Shown piece by piece: positions 1 to 9,666 of a stretch of DNA of 64,000 bases. The notes under the pieces were generated by a model. That model was not told where the DNA came from, searched no databases, and saw only the letters and a list, made by a program, of their open reading frames with translations. This DNA is from an uncultured Bacteroidota bacterium (lineage in GTDB: Bacteria; Bacteroidota; Bacteroidia; Bacteroidales; P3). Position numbers and translations under genes: made by a program. Position 1 is the stretch's first letter. Each line of letters starts with the position of its first letter. The stretch covers positions 6,717-70,716 of the forward strand of contig CADAWR010000014.1 in assembly GCA_902791695.1 (NCBI GenBank), in the 5' to 3' direction.

Positions 1-2
1 TG

Positions 3-275
3 CTTTGCGCCGGCGAGAAAGGCCGCCGCTGCGCCCTGCCGCATGCCCGCGTGATGATACACCAGCCCATGGGTGGCGCCGACGGTCAGGCCACCGACAT
101 GGAGATCACCGTGCGCGAGATACTGAAGCTCAAGAAGGAGCTCTACGAGATCATCGCCAAGCACAGCGGCCAGCCCTTCGAGCAGGTGGAGAAAGACAGC
201 GACCGCGACCACTGGTTCACCGCCGAAGAGGCCCTGAAGTACGGCATGATTGACGAGGTGCTGACGAAGAAGTAA
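3..275 (+). CDS. clpP: ATP-dependent Clp protease proteolytic subunit, C-terminal part (5' end outside window)
   Basis: Frame open to the window edge. Translation LCAGEKGRRCALPHARVMIHQPMGG...TAEEALKYGMIDEVL matches the conserved ClpP C-terminal half. Confidence 0.9.
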   Translation, partial: LCAGEKGRRCALPHARVMIHQPMGGADGQATDMEITVREILKLKKELYEIIAKHSGQPFEQVEKDSDRDHWFTAEEALKYGMIDEVLTKK

Positions 276-320
276 ACACTATTCTTGCTAAAGCAAAAGC
301 CTAAACCGGGCTCCTATAAG

Positions 321-362
321 AAACCATGCTCATGATTGGAGATAATCATGAGCATGGTTTTA
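321..362. terminator. Perfect 17-bp stem hairpin between convergent clpP and the BspA-like gene (bidirectional terminator candidate)
   Basis: aaaccatgctcatgatt-ggagat-aatcatgagcatggttt followed by tt. Lies between two convergent stop codons. Confidence 0.6.
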
Positions 363-384
363 TTGGTACTTACTGGTTCCGGCG

Positions 385-2265
385 CTATTGTATCACCACA
401 ACCTTGCGGGCTGGATGGTTGCCTATCTTTATCATGTAGGTTCCTGCGACGGGGATGTAGAAGCGTAGGGGGATGTCATAGTCCTGCTTAGTGGCAAGAA
501 CGCGACCATTGATGTCGAAGAGTGTCACTGGATTACCCTCTGCCCCCTCGACCACTATCTGCCCTTGGCTTGCGTATATGTTGGCATTCAAAACCTCCAT
601 ACCGCCTATGCCCTCATGGGGAATATAAATGGTGTCGTGGATGACGATGGTGTCATAGATATATTGTGGCAAGTAAATGGTGTCATGAAGCCAAAGTGTA
701 TCAGTCTCAGGAATCAACAGAGTATCAGTCACAGTTATGGTGTCGTATAGTATCAACGTTAGCGTGTCTGTAATTGTGATAAAAGTGGTATCGTGAACGG
801 GAACATATACATAAAGTGTATCATGAAGTACCAGCGTGTCCTGGTAGGGAGTACCATTTTCATAGAAGTATGCCGTTAGTTGAACATCACCGACGACGGC
901 AAAAGTATATGGATTGAATGTTGAGCCATCGCTCCAATGCGAAAATATGTAGCCGCTGTAAGGAACAGCCACAACCGATGCGGCCGAGCCGTAAGCATAA
1001 TTGCCGAAACCAGTACACGTACCGTGAGTAATGCTGTCGACTTGAAGGCTTACGGCGAATGTGTCAATGCCGAAGATTGCGGTACGGTAAGCGTTTGCTG
1101 TGACAACAAATGGCCGCGGGTTCTGTGTATTGCCATCGCTCCACCGGACAAAATGATATGGTGATACCGCTGTTGCTGTCAGCATCGTGGTATCAAGATA
1201 TTCAAACACGCCGCCACCACTGACTGAACCAATTGTTGGGTCGGAACTCTGCACTTCAACCGTGTATTGGTTCTTGGCAAAACCTGCCGTCAGCGTACTG
1301 TCTCTATCAATCATAAGAGTGTCGGGATTCGCCATGCTGCCGTTGCTCCATCCAGTAAAATGGTAGCCATAGTTCGGGATTGCTTGTATCACAGCACTTG
1401 AGTCACATCTCACGTCATGTAGGTCCTCGTCTTGAACAACCTGTGCTGTGCCCCAATCGGGTGCCGTAGAAGATACCGACATAGAGAGATTCACCGATGG
1501 CACAAGATATGTATGGTTTGCACCGAACTTTGGATAATACGAGTGGTATGAGCCACAGGGGATGTCTATGACAAGGTGAAGTGTGTCGGTATAGAAAATG
1601 TCGCCGATCCATGGGGCAACATTAGAGAGAAAGATAAGAGAGTCCAAGTGCTTACCGTGTGATAAAGCTCCGCTGGCTATACTATTCACCGAACGGCCGA
1701 ATGTTACAGACCGAAGGCTGTAACACTGCGAAAGGGCGCCAGCTCCTATTGTAGTTACTGCGTCGGGAATGACTATTGAAACAAGTGATGTGTCGGCATC
1801 AAAAGTTTGACTTGCTATCGCAGTTATTGAATCCGGCAGAGTCACGGATGCTATATTATGGCAGCCACCGAAGGCCCCTTGGCCTATCTCTGTTACTGAA
1901 TTTGGAATGACAACCTCCGTCAAATACTGGCATGGACCGAACGCCCACATGCCGATAGTACGCACCGTATTGGGGATGACTACATGTTGCATCTCTGCAT
2001 ACGCAAACGCTTGGTAGCCGATTGCGGTCACGGGATACGTAATGTTGTCGTACACGATGCTGTCGGGAATTATCAAGGTGCTGTCTATCAAACTGCCATA
2101 GTTTGGGTAATTGTAACTTTTAAAGGTTACTTCTGCCTCACCGTTAGCAATATTGTAGTACAAAACATGACCTGACGGGGTTGTGTCCGGGTAGTTGTAC
2201 ACTTGAGCAGCCACACCGATTGTGAAAATGCAACCGATAAGAAATACCAATGTCTTTTTCATCAT
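385..2265 (-). CDS. BspA-like leucine-rich-repeat cell-surface protein with Listeria-Bacteroides (InlB B-type) repeats and a T9SS C-terminal sorting domain
   Basis: Start chosen at the internal MMKKTLVFLIGCIFTIGVAAQ signal peptide (ATG 2263-2265). Has LRR_5-type repeats (IPNSVTEIGQGAFGGC..., IPDAVTTIGAGALSQC...) and three Y(H/I)F(T/V/S)(G/R/H)WSDG repeats. The C-terminus (...GTYMIKIGNHPARKVVVIQ) is Por_Secre_tail-like. Confidence 0.85.
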   Translation of the reverse strand: MMKKTLVFLIGCIFTIGVAAQVYNYPDTTPSGHVLYYNIANGEAEVTFKSYNYPNYGSLIDSTLIIPDSIVYDNITYPVTAIGYQAFAYAEMQHVVIPNTVRTIGMWAFGPCQYLTEVVIPNSVTEIGQGAFGGCHNIASVTLPDSITAIASQTFDADTSLVSIVIPDAVTTIGAGALSQCYSLRSVTFGRSVNSIASGALSHGKHLDSLIFLSNVAPWIGDIFYTDTLHLVIDIPCGSYHSYYPKFGANHTYLVPSVNLSMSVSSTAPDWGTAQVVQDEDLHDVRCDSSAVIQAIPNYGYHFTGWSNGSMANPDTLMIDRDSTLTAGFAKNQYTVEVQSSDPTIGSVSGGGVFEYLDTTMLTATAVSPYHFVRWSDGNTQNPRPFVVTANAYRTAIFGIDTFAVSLQVDSITHGTCTGFGNYAYGSAASVVAVPYSGYIFSHWSDGSTFNPYTFAVVGDVQLTAYFYENGTPYQDTLVLHDTLYVYVPVHDTTFITITDTLTLILYDTITVTDTLLIPETDTLWLHDTIYLPQYIYDTIVIHDTIYIPHEGIGGMEVLNANIYASQGQIVVEGAEGNPVTLFDINGRVLATKQDYDIPLRFYIPVAGTYMIKIGNHPARKVVVIQ

Positions 2266-2276
2266 GTCCTTATAAT

Positions 2277-2292
2277 TATTTTTGCAAAAATA
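2277..2292. promoter_or_regulatory. Back-to-back Bacteroidota -7 boxes forming a 16-bp palindrome (TATTTTTGCAAAAATA); candidate bidirectional promoter
   Basis: TAnnTTTG reads on both strands. The minus-strand copy is about 20 nt upstream of the ATG at 2265. Confidence 0.4.
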
Positions 2293-2345
2293 CAAACAAA
2301 TAGCCAACTGGCAAAAAATAATTTCATCATGTCGCGGAAAATGTG

Positions 2346-2353
2346 TAATTTTG
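2346..2353 (+). promoter_or_regulatory. Candidate -7 promoter box (TAATTTTG) for the DUF3791/DUF3990 cassette
   Basis: Matches the TAnnTTTG consensus, 26 nt upstream of the ATG at 2379. Confidence 0.4.
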
Positions 2354-2378
2354 CATCTTGAAAAAGCATATATAAAAT

Positions 2379-2600
2379 ATGGGGAATAAACAGCAAGATA
2401 TAGCCTATTTCCTGTCGTTCTGTACAGAACAGTACAAGAACGAGAAACACCTGTCTGGCGGTGAGGCTGTTGAAGTGTTAGGTAAATATGGGGTGTTGGA
2501 TTATCTTGCAGAACATTACGAGATGCTGCATACCCAAGGTCGTCAATGGCTGATGGAAGACATTGACGAATATATTGCATTACGTAGAAAGGAGGCTTAA
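2379..2600 (+). CDS. Small helical protein, DUF3791-like
   Basis: 73 aa (MGNKQQDIAYFLSFCTEQYK...MLHTQGRQWLMEDIDEYI). Family recognised from memory. Its stop overlaps the next start (TAATG). Confidence 0.75.
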   Translation: MGNKQQDIAYFLSFCTEQYKNEKHLSGGEAVEVLGKYGVLDYLAEHYEMLHTQGRQWLMEDIDEYIALRRKEA

Positions 2601-3085
2601 TGAAACTGTATCACGGAAGCTTGGAAATTGTGCATAAGCCTGAAATACGCAAGGCAAACCGCACTCTCGACTATGGTAGTGGCTTTTACACGACGACCTC
2701 GTACGAACAGGCAGAAGCTTGGGTAAGACGCCGTATGGATGAGACCAAACGTGGTAAGGGCTTTGTGAATATATACACAATTCCGGAGTCTTTGCCGTCA
2801 TTCTTGCAGCAATTGATATTCCAATCGCCCACAGAAGAATGGGTGGACTTTGTGATGCGCAACCGTACAGAAAAAGGTTTTGTGCACGACTATGATATAG
2901 TATATGGCCCGGTGGCCAACGATCGCGTATATGCTGCCTTTGCCCTTTATGAAGGAGGTCTTTTGAACAAGCAAGACCTTATAAAGGAGCTTAAGGCCTA
3001 CAGTCTGGTGGACCAATACTTGTTCCACACGGAGGCGGCTCTCCAGGTACTAACATTTGTAGAAGCAAAGGAGGTGGCGCTATGA
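2600..3085 (+). CDS. DUF3990-like protein; predicted ADP-ribosyltransferase-fold (H-Y-E type) enzyme
   Basis: 161 aa. N-terminal KLYHGS and DYGSGFYTTTSYEQAEAW resemble the PARP-type LWHGS / GKGIYFADMVSKSANY elements. Start and stop overlap both neighbours. Confidence 0.8.
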   Translation: MKLYHGSLEIVHKPEIRKANRTLDYGSGFYTTTSYEQAEAWVRRRMDETKRGKGFVNIYTIPESLPSFLQQLIFQSPTEEWVDFVMRNRTEKGFVHDYDIVYGPVANDRVYAAFALYEGGLLNKQDLIKELKAYSLVDQYLFHTEAALQVLTFVEAKEVAL

Positions 3086-3300
3086 ATCTCGACATCACAC
3101 AAGGCAATCTTTACCTCATCCTGCCATCGAAGGTAAGCCGTATGGCAGAGATGCTTGCCGCCGACACCGGGAAGGACATCGTCCAGGCGGTGAAAGAGAT
3201 ATACATGTCAGACGTGTATAAGCAACTGGAGCAGGAATCAACCAAGCAGTGGCACCTTGGGCCAGTGGCGCTTTATCAAGAAATGTTAGCAAGTAAATAG
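3082..3300 (+). CDS. Small helical protein, second DUF3791-like paralog
   Basis: 72 aa, 4-nt ATGA overlap with the upstream gene. Its C-terminal ...ESTKQWHLGPVALYQEM parallels the first paralog. Confidence 0.7.
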   Translation: MNLDITQGNLYLILPSKVSRMAEMLAADTGKDIVQAVKEIYMSDVYKQLEQESTKQWHLGPVALYQEMLASK

Positions 3301-3312
3301 ACAGCTACGTAT

Positions 3313-3750
<438 letters not shown>

Positions 3751-3752
3751 AC

Positions 3753-4871
3753 GTGAATTATCGTAAATTGGCCGTGAATTGCCGTAATTTGATATTCTCG
3801 CTTTTAGCATTGCTGACCTTCAACGCATGCCATGCGCAACCCTCTGTTGTGCCACAAGGAGCTACTTTCCTGACGGGTGCCGAAGTGCTGATGAAACAGC
3901 AGTTGCCAGCGGGACACGTGGCTGTAGTTGGTAACCAAACCTCCATCGTTGGAAACACACATCTGGTGGACACCTTGATTGCCAGTGGTGTGAACGTCGC
4001 CAAAATCTTCTGTCCCGAGCATGGCTTCCGTGGCACTGCGGCGGCGGGCGCCCACGTCAGCAACAGCACCGACCCCAAGACGGGACGGCCTATCATATCT
4101 TTATATGGCAAGAACAAGAAGCCCACGCCGGAGCAGTTGAAGGATGTGGATTGTGTGGTCTTCGACCTGCAGGACGTAGGCTGCCGTTTCTATACCTATA
4201 TCTCCACGCTGCACTATGTGATGGAGGCCTGCGCGGAAGCGGGCATACCGCTCGTTGTCCTCGACCGCCCCAACCCCAACGGCCACTATGTCGACGGGCC
4301 GGTGCTGGATACCGCTCACTACCGCTCGTTTGTGGGCATGCACCCTGTGCCGGTGGTCTATGGTATGACCATCGGCGAGTATGCGCAGATGATCAACGGC
4401 GAACACTGGCTGGCTGGCGGCAAGGAGTGCCGCCTCACAGTAGTCCCCATGCAGGGTTACCGGCGCGACTCGGTGGGCTATGAGCTGCCCGTGCCGCCGT
4501 CGCCCAATCTGCGCACGGCGCATGCTGTGGCCCTCTACCCAAGCCTCTGCCTCTTCGAGGGCACCAACTGCGGTGTCGGGCGAGGCACCGACTACCCCTT
4601 CGAGTGGGTCACCTACAAGAAAGACACCCTCGACTTGCGGCAGGAGGATGCTCCGACGGCTTTCAGCCTCAAGTACCTGATGTATATGTACCGCCGCGTG
4701 CCCAAAGGAAAATTCTTCCTCATGAACAACTTCTTCGAGAAGCTGGACGGCAACGGCGACCTGCGCCGCCAGATAGAGGCCGGCATGAGCGAGGAGGAGA
4801 TACGTGCCACGTGGCAACCTGCGCTGGACGAGTTCAAGAAGGTTAGAGAAAAGTATTTAATTTATAAATAA
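3753..4871 (+). CDS. DUF1343 family protein (exo-beta-N-acetylmuramidase NamZ-like), secreted
   Basis: GTG start and signal peptide ...FNACHAQ. VAVVGNQTSIVG...HLVD and FCPEHGFRG are typical of DUF1343. Confidence 0.85.
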   Translation: MNYRKLAVNCRNLIFSLLALLTFNACHAQPSVVPQGATFLTGAEVLMKQQLPAGHVAVVGNQTSIVGNTHLVDTLIASGVNVAKIFCPEHGFRGTAAAGAHVSNSTDPKTGRPIISLYGKNKKPTPEQLKDVDCVVFDLQDVGCRFYTYISTLHYVMEACAEAGIPLVVLDRPNPNGHYVDGPVLDTAHYRSFVGMHPVPVVYGMTIGEYAQMINGEHWLAGGKECRLTVVPMQGYRRDSVGYELPVPPSPNLRTAHAVALYPSLCLFEGTNCGVGRGTDYPFEWVTYKKDTLDLRQEDAPTAFSLKYLMYMYRRVPKGKFFLMNNFFEKLDGNGDLRRQIEAGMSEEEIRATWQPALDEFKKVREKYLIYK

Positions 4872-4872
4872 C

Positions 4873-5508
4873 ATGAAGAAAGTAATCGTTATGATGGCAG
4901 CTGCCGCCATGTTGTTTGGCGCCTGCTGCACGAAACAATGTGACACCCCCAGCATTTCGGGAGTGGTGATGGAGAACATTCTCGCCCGCAAGAGCGTGCG
5001 CTCCTACAACGGCGACAGCATCCCTGCCGACGTGATGGAGAATCTGCTGCGCGCCGCCATGGCCGCCCCCAGCGGACGCGACCTGCGCCCCTGGCAGATT
5101 GTGGTGATGACCGACAAGAGCCAGTATGAGACCGTCTTCGAGGGCAACTTCAACATGCAGAAGTTCATGGAGAGCGGCGCTGTGATTATCCTCTGTGCCG
5201 ACACCGTCTTCACCGCCCCCACGCGCGAAGACCCCGACGGCCCTGCTGTGACCCAGGTGAACCACCTGTGGCGCGACGACATGGGTGCCGTCACCGAGAA
5301 CCTGCTGCTGGCTGTGGAAGCCTACGGCCTCGGCGCCTGCTGGACGGCCTGCTATCCATATCCCGACCGCATGGATCCCATCAAGAAAGCCCTGCAGCTG
5401 CCTGCCACGGTGGTACCCTACGCTGTGGTGCCCATCGGATACCACGACGGTACGACGCAGCCCAAGGACAAATGGGACGAGAGCCGCATACACTACAACC
5501 GCTGGTAG
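4873..5508 (+). CDS. Nitroreductase family protein with lipoprotein-type signal peptide
   Basis: MKKVIVMMAAAAMLFGAC, then RKSVRSY...LLRAAMAAPSGRDLRPWQIVV. Confidence 0.85.
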   Translation: MKKVIVMMAAAAMLFGACCTKQCDTPSISGVVMENILARKSVRSYNGDSIPADVMENLLRAAMAAPSGRDLRPWQIVVMTDKSQYETVFEGNFNMQKFMESGAVIILCADTVFTAPTREDPDGPAVTQVNHLWRDDMGAVTENLLLAVEAYGLGACWTACYPYPDRMDPIKKALQLPATVVPYAVVPIGYHDGTTQPKDKWDESRIHYNRW

Positions 5509-5530
5509 AGGAACAATGGTAAAAGAAAAA

Positions 5531-5560
5531 AGGTGCCACCCTGAAGGATGGCACCTTTTT
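5531..5560. terminator. Bidirectional intrinsic terminator between nitroreductase and recQ
   Basis: aggtgcca-ccctgaagga-tggcacct, flanked by an A-run upstream and a T-run downstream. Confidence 0.65.
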
Positions 5561-5562
5561 GA

Positions 5563-7767
5563 TTAGTGACCATAATCGGCCATGAACTTGATGCGCATGA
5601 GGCGTATCTCCTCTTCTGTGTAGTCGGGATCATCGCTGAACTCCTCGTAGGCATCCTCAAGGGAGTCGCTTTCGGAGTTGCGCCAGTAGTCGAGCAGAAC
5701 CTCTTGATGATCCTCCTCGATATTGTCGTTAATATAATAGTCTATGTTGAGCTTGGCCCCGCTGGCAATGATGTGCTCCATCTCCGTCAGAAGTTCCGAC
5801 ATGTTGATCCCCTTGCCCGCAGCGATATCTTCGAGACTCTTGCGGCGGTCTATAGACTGTATGATGTATACCTTGAGGCCCGATTTGTTGACAGCGGAGC
5901 GCACTACGATGTCCTGCGGACGCTCGATGTCGTTGTCGTCGACGTACTGCTTGATGAGCTCAATGAATGGTGCACCATGTTTCTGTGCCTTTGCGATACC
6001 TACACCGGAGCAATGCGCCAGTTCTTCGATGGTGCATGGGTACTGCAGCGTCATGTCCTTCAGCGAAGTATCCTCGAAGATTACGTATGCCGGTAGTTTC
6101 TCGCGTGCGGCGATACTACGTCGCAGACTCTTCAGCTGCACATAAAGAGCCTCGTCGCCAGCGGCGGAAGCGCCACCAGCGTTGGCAGCTATTTCCTCCT
6201 CGTCTTCTTCTGCGGCAGCTGAGTAGTCGTGGTCGCAAGCCACCATTATACTATATGGCTTCTTAATGAACTTCTGGCCAGCAGGTGTGACCTTAAGCAC
6301 GCCGTACTGTTCAATCTCCTTCTGCAGCAAGCCTTCAAACTGTGCCTGACGCAGCACAGCCTTCCAGAAGAGATCGTTCTTGTCGGCACCAGCCCCAAAC
6401 TGGTCGAGATCGTCGAGGTGATAGTTCTTGGTGTTGGCATTGCGGCGACCCATAAGCACATCTACAATATCCTTGGGTTTGAAAGCCTGCTTCATGGCAA
6501 AGATAGTCTCCAAAGCCAACGCCACTTCCTCCTTAGCCTCTTCTTGAGGCTTCGGGTGCAAGCAGTTGTCGCAATTGCCACAATAGGGCTCGGAGTAATC
6601 CTCACCGAAGTAGCGCAATATATTCAGGCGACGGCAGGCGGAGCTCTCGGCATATGAGACCATTTCCTGTACCAGCTGACGAGCCATCTCCTGCTCGGTG
6701 ACGTTCTTCTCGGTGAAGAATTTGTAAAGCTTCTCAACGTCCTGCTCGCTATAGAAAGCTATGCAGCGGCCCTCGCCACCATCGCGGCCAGCGCGGCCAG
6801 TCTCCTGATAGTAGCCCTCGATACTCTTGGGAATATCATAGTGTATAACAAAACGCACGTCGGGCTTGTCGATACCCATGCCGAATGCAATGGTGGCCAC
6901 TATGACATCCACCTCTTCCATAAGGAACTTGTCTTGGTTCTCCGCACGGACCTTGTTGTCGAGACCCGCATGGTAAGGTAGTGCCTTGATGCCATTGATG
7001 ACCAGCAACTCGGCTAAATCCTCGACCTTTTTGCGTGTCAGGCAATAAATGATACCGCTCTTGTTGGGATTCTCTTTTATGAAACGGATAATCTCCTTGT
7101 GCAACATCATGGGGTCGGCAGGCTTGGGGCGCACCTCATAGTACAGGTTGGGCCGGTTGAACGACGACACAAAGGTCTTTGCCTTCTCCATGCCGAGGTT
7201 TTTGATGATATCCTGCTGCACCTTAGGCGTTGCCGAAGCGGTGAGGGTGAGTATCGGCACATTGGGCTGTATGGCTTTGATGGCCTCGCGCAGACGGCGA
7301 TATTCAGGGCGGAAATCGTGGCCCCACTCTGATATACAGTGAGCCTCGTCAATAGCAAAGAATGTAATCTTTATCTGCTTAAGTAGTTCTATTGTATCCT
7401 CTTTGGAGAGGGTTTCTGGAGCCACATAAAGGAGTTTTGTGTCACCTTTCAGCAGATCGTCCTTCACTTCATTCACCTGCTGGCGGGAGAGCGATGAGTT
7501 GAGGAAGTGGGCCACATAGTCGCTGCCTGACGTATAACGCACAGCGTCCACCTGATTTTTCATAAGCGCTATCAGTGGCGACACCACAACTGCAGTACCC
7601 TTAAGAATCATGGCTGGCAGCTGATAGCATAGGCTCTTGCCGCCGCCAGTAGGCATTATGACGAAAGTGTCATTACCGTCCAGCAGACTCTGTATAATGG
7701 CCTCCTGGTCGCCTTTGAACTTGTCAAAGCCAAAGATTTCTTTAAGATATGTATGTAAATCTTTCAT
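5563..7767 (-). CDS. recQ: ATP-dependent DNA helicase RecQ
   Basis: 734 aa. Has F(G/K)FDKFKGDQ, TGGGKSLCYQLP, a DEAH box (IDEAHCISEWGHDFRPEY), the zinc-binding CGNCDNC and an HRDC-like C-terminus. Confidence 0.95.
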   Translation of the reverse strand: MKDLHTYLKEIFGFDKFKGDQEAIIQSLLDGNDTFVIMPTGGGKSLCYQLPAMILKGTAVVVSPLIALMKNQVDAVRYTSGSDYVAHFLNSSLSRQQVNEVKDDLLKGDTKLLYVAPETLSKEDTIELLKQIKITFFAIDEAHCISEWGHDFRPEYRRLREAIKAIQPNVPILTLTASATPKVQQDIIKNLGMEKAKTFVSSFNRPNLYYEVRPKPADPMMLHKEIIRFIKENPNKSGIIYCLTRKKVEDLAELLVINGIKALPYHAGLDNKVRAENQDKFLMEEVDVIVATIAFGMGIDKPDVRFVIHYDIPKSIEGYYQETGRAGRDGGEGRCIAFYSEQDVEKLYKFFTEKNVTEQEMARQLVQEMVSYAESSACRRLNILRYFGEDYSEPYCGNCDNCLHPKPQEEAKEEVALALETIFAMKQAFKPKDIVDVLMGRRNANTKNYHLDDLDQFGAGADKNDLFWKAVLRQAQFEGLLQKEIEQYGVLKVTPAGQKFIKKPYSIMVACDHDYSAAAEEDEEEIAANAGGASAAGDEALYVQLKSLRRSIAAREKLPAYVIFEDTSLKDMTLQYPCTIEELAHCSGVGIAKAQKHGAPFIELIKQYVDDNDIERPQDIVVRSAVNKSGLKVYIIQSIDRRKSLEDIAAGKGINMSELLTEMEHIIASGAKLNIDYYINDNIEEDHQEVLLDYWRNSESDSLEDAYEEFSDDPDYTEEEIRLMRIKFMADYGH

Positions 7768-7882
7768 CTCTTACAACAATATTTAACACAAAGTTGCGTT
7801 ATTCAAAGTAAATTAACGAACAGCGTGTTTAAACGTTTACAAAGATACAAAAAAACGTTGAACTGACCAAATAAAAAATGCA

Positions 7883-8845
7883 GTGAAGAGCCGTGAAGAA
7901 ATAAAACAAATTGCCGCTCAGGTAATTACTGACGAAAAAAAAGCAGTAGAAAACCTGCTCAACCACATAGATGATGCCTTTGCCGAAGCTGTCGAAACCC
8001 TGTTTTCAACCTCCGGACGCGTTGTTGTAACCGGTATCGGCAAGAGTGCCAACATTGCTACCAAGATTGTCTCAACCATGAACTCCACCGGTACGCCGGC
8101 CCTCTTCCTGCATGCCGCCGATGCCATCCACGGCGACCTGGGCATGGTGCGCCCCGACGACGTGGTGATATGTATCTCCAAAAGCGGCAACACACCAGAG
8201 ATAAAGGTACTCGTGCCCCTTATCAAGAACTTCGGCAACCGCATTATCGCCATTGTCGGCAACCGAGATTCGTTCCTCGCCCACGAGGCAGACATAGTGC
8301 TCGACACAACCGTGGAGCACGAGGCATGCCCCAACAATCTGGCACCTACCAGCAGTACCACGGCCCAGCTGGTCATGGGCGATGCCCTCGCTGTGGCACT
8401 CATTGAGTGCCGCAACTTCTCCGCACGCGACTTTGCTCGCTTCCACCCCGGCGGAGCCCTCGGCAAGCAGCTCTATCTGCGTGTAGCCGACCTATACATA
8501 CAAAACGAGCGCCCGGCAGTACCGCCAACGGCAACCATCGATGAGACTATCCTAGAGATGACATCCAAACGCCTCGGATGCACCGTGGTCATGGAGAACG
8601 ACACCATACGCGGCATCATAACCGACGGCGACCTGCGCCGCATGATGCAAACATTCCATTCACCGCAGACCGCTGCCGATATCATGCATCCTAACCCCCG
8701 CACCATCCTCGACAGCGAATATGCTGTCAACGCACTGCAGCTCATGCGCAACAATTCCATCACGCAACTCATCGTCGTCGATGCCGACAACCACTATCTC
8801 GGCATCATCCACATACATGATATATTAAGAGAAGGCATAATATGA
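7883..8845 (+). CDS. kdsD: Arabinose-5-phosphate isomerase (KpsF/GutQ/KdsD family; SIS + tandem CBS)
   Basis: GTG start. SIS motif [13 protein letters not shown], then a C-terminal CBS pair. Stop overlaps the lptB start. Confidence 0.9.
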   Translation: MKSREEIKQIAAQVITDEKKAVENLLNHIDDAFAEAVETLFSTSGRVVVTGIGKSANIATKIVSTMNSTGTPALFLHAADAIHGDLGMVRPDDVVICISKSGNTPEIKVLVPLIKNFGNRIIAIVGNRDSFLAHEADIVLDTTVEHEACPNNLAPTSSTTAQLVMGDALAVALIECRNFSARDFARFHPGGALGKQLYLRVADLYIQNERPAVPPTATIDETILEMTSKRLGCTVVMENDTIRGIITDGDLRRMMQTFHSPQTAADIMHPNPRTILDSEYAVNALQLMRNNSITQLIVVDADNHYLGIIHIHDILREGII

Positions 8846-9666
8846 AGCTCTACACCGACAAAGTCGTAAAAATATACCGCTCGCGCACTGTCGTGAAAGA
8901 GGTGTCAGTAAGCGTAAGCCAGGGTGAGATTGTTGGTCTGCTCGGCCCCAACGGCGCCGGTAAGACCACAACGTTCTACATGGTCGTGGGCATCATAAAG
9001 GCTAACAGTGGCAGGGTGTTCTTCGAGAGCACCTGCGAGGCCGATAAGAACAATCCTATGTTCGAACACAAGCATGCCGAACGCCCCGAAGGCAATGCAC
9101 CGTGGCGCCTCGAGATTACCGACTTACCAATGTACCGCCGCTCACAGATGGGCGTGGGCTATTTAGCCCAGGAAGCCTCTGTCTTCCGCCAGATGTCGGT
9201 AGAAGACAATATAGCATCCATCCTTGAGTTCCGCAAGGACCTCACCAAGGAGCAGCAGCAGGAGAAGCTGGAGTCGCTCCTCGACGAGTTCCGCCTTCAG
9301 CACATACGCAAGAGCAAGGGCATACAGCTCAGCGGTGGCGAACGACGCCGTACTGAAATTGCCCGCGCTCTGGCCAACGACCCAATGTTCCTGCTGCTCG
9401 ACGAGCCCTTCGCCGGTGTCGACCCCATAGCCGTGCAGGACATCCAGGACATCGTGGCGCACCTCAAGGAACGCAACATCGGCATCCTCATCACCGACCA
9501 CAACGTGCGCGAGACCCTCGCCATCACAGACCGCGCCTACCTCCTCTATGAGGGCAACGTGCTGCACCACGGCACCCCCGAAGAGATGGCCGCAGACCCC
9601 GATGTAAGAGAAAAATACCTCGGCCGCGACTTCGAACTGCGCCGAGCCAAAACACAACAGATATGA
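8842..9666 (+). CDS. lptB: LPS export ABC transporter ATP-binding protein LptB, with an extra loop of about 29 aa
   Basis: Walker [11 protein letters not shown]-loop YLAQEASVF, signature LSGGERRR and Walker [13 protein letters not shown]. Insertion [29 protein letters not shown] lies between Walker A and the Q-loop. Confidence 0.9.
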   Translation: MKLYTDKVVKIYRSRTVVKEVSVSVSQGEIVGLLGPNGAGKTTTFYMVVGIIKANSGRVFFESTCEADKNNPMFEHKHAERPEGNAPWRLEITDLPMYRRSQMGVGYLAQEASVFRQMSVEDNIASILEFRKDLTKEQQQEKLESLLDEFRLQHIRKSKGIQLSGGERRRTEIARALANDPMFLLLDEPFAGVDPIAVQDIQDIVAHLKERNIGILITDHNVRETLAITDRAYLLYEGNVLHHGTPEEMAADPDVREKYLGRDFELRRAKTQQI

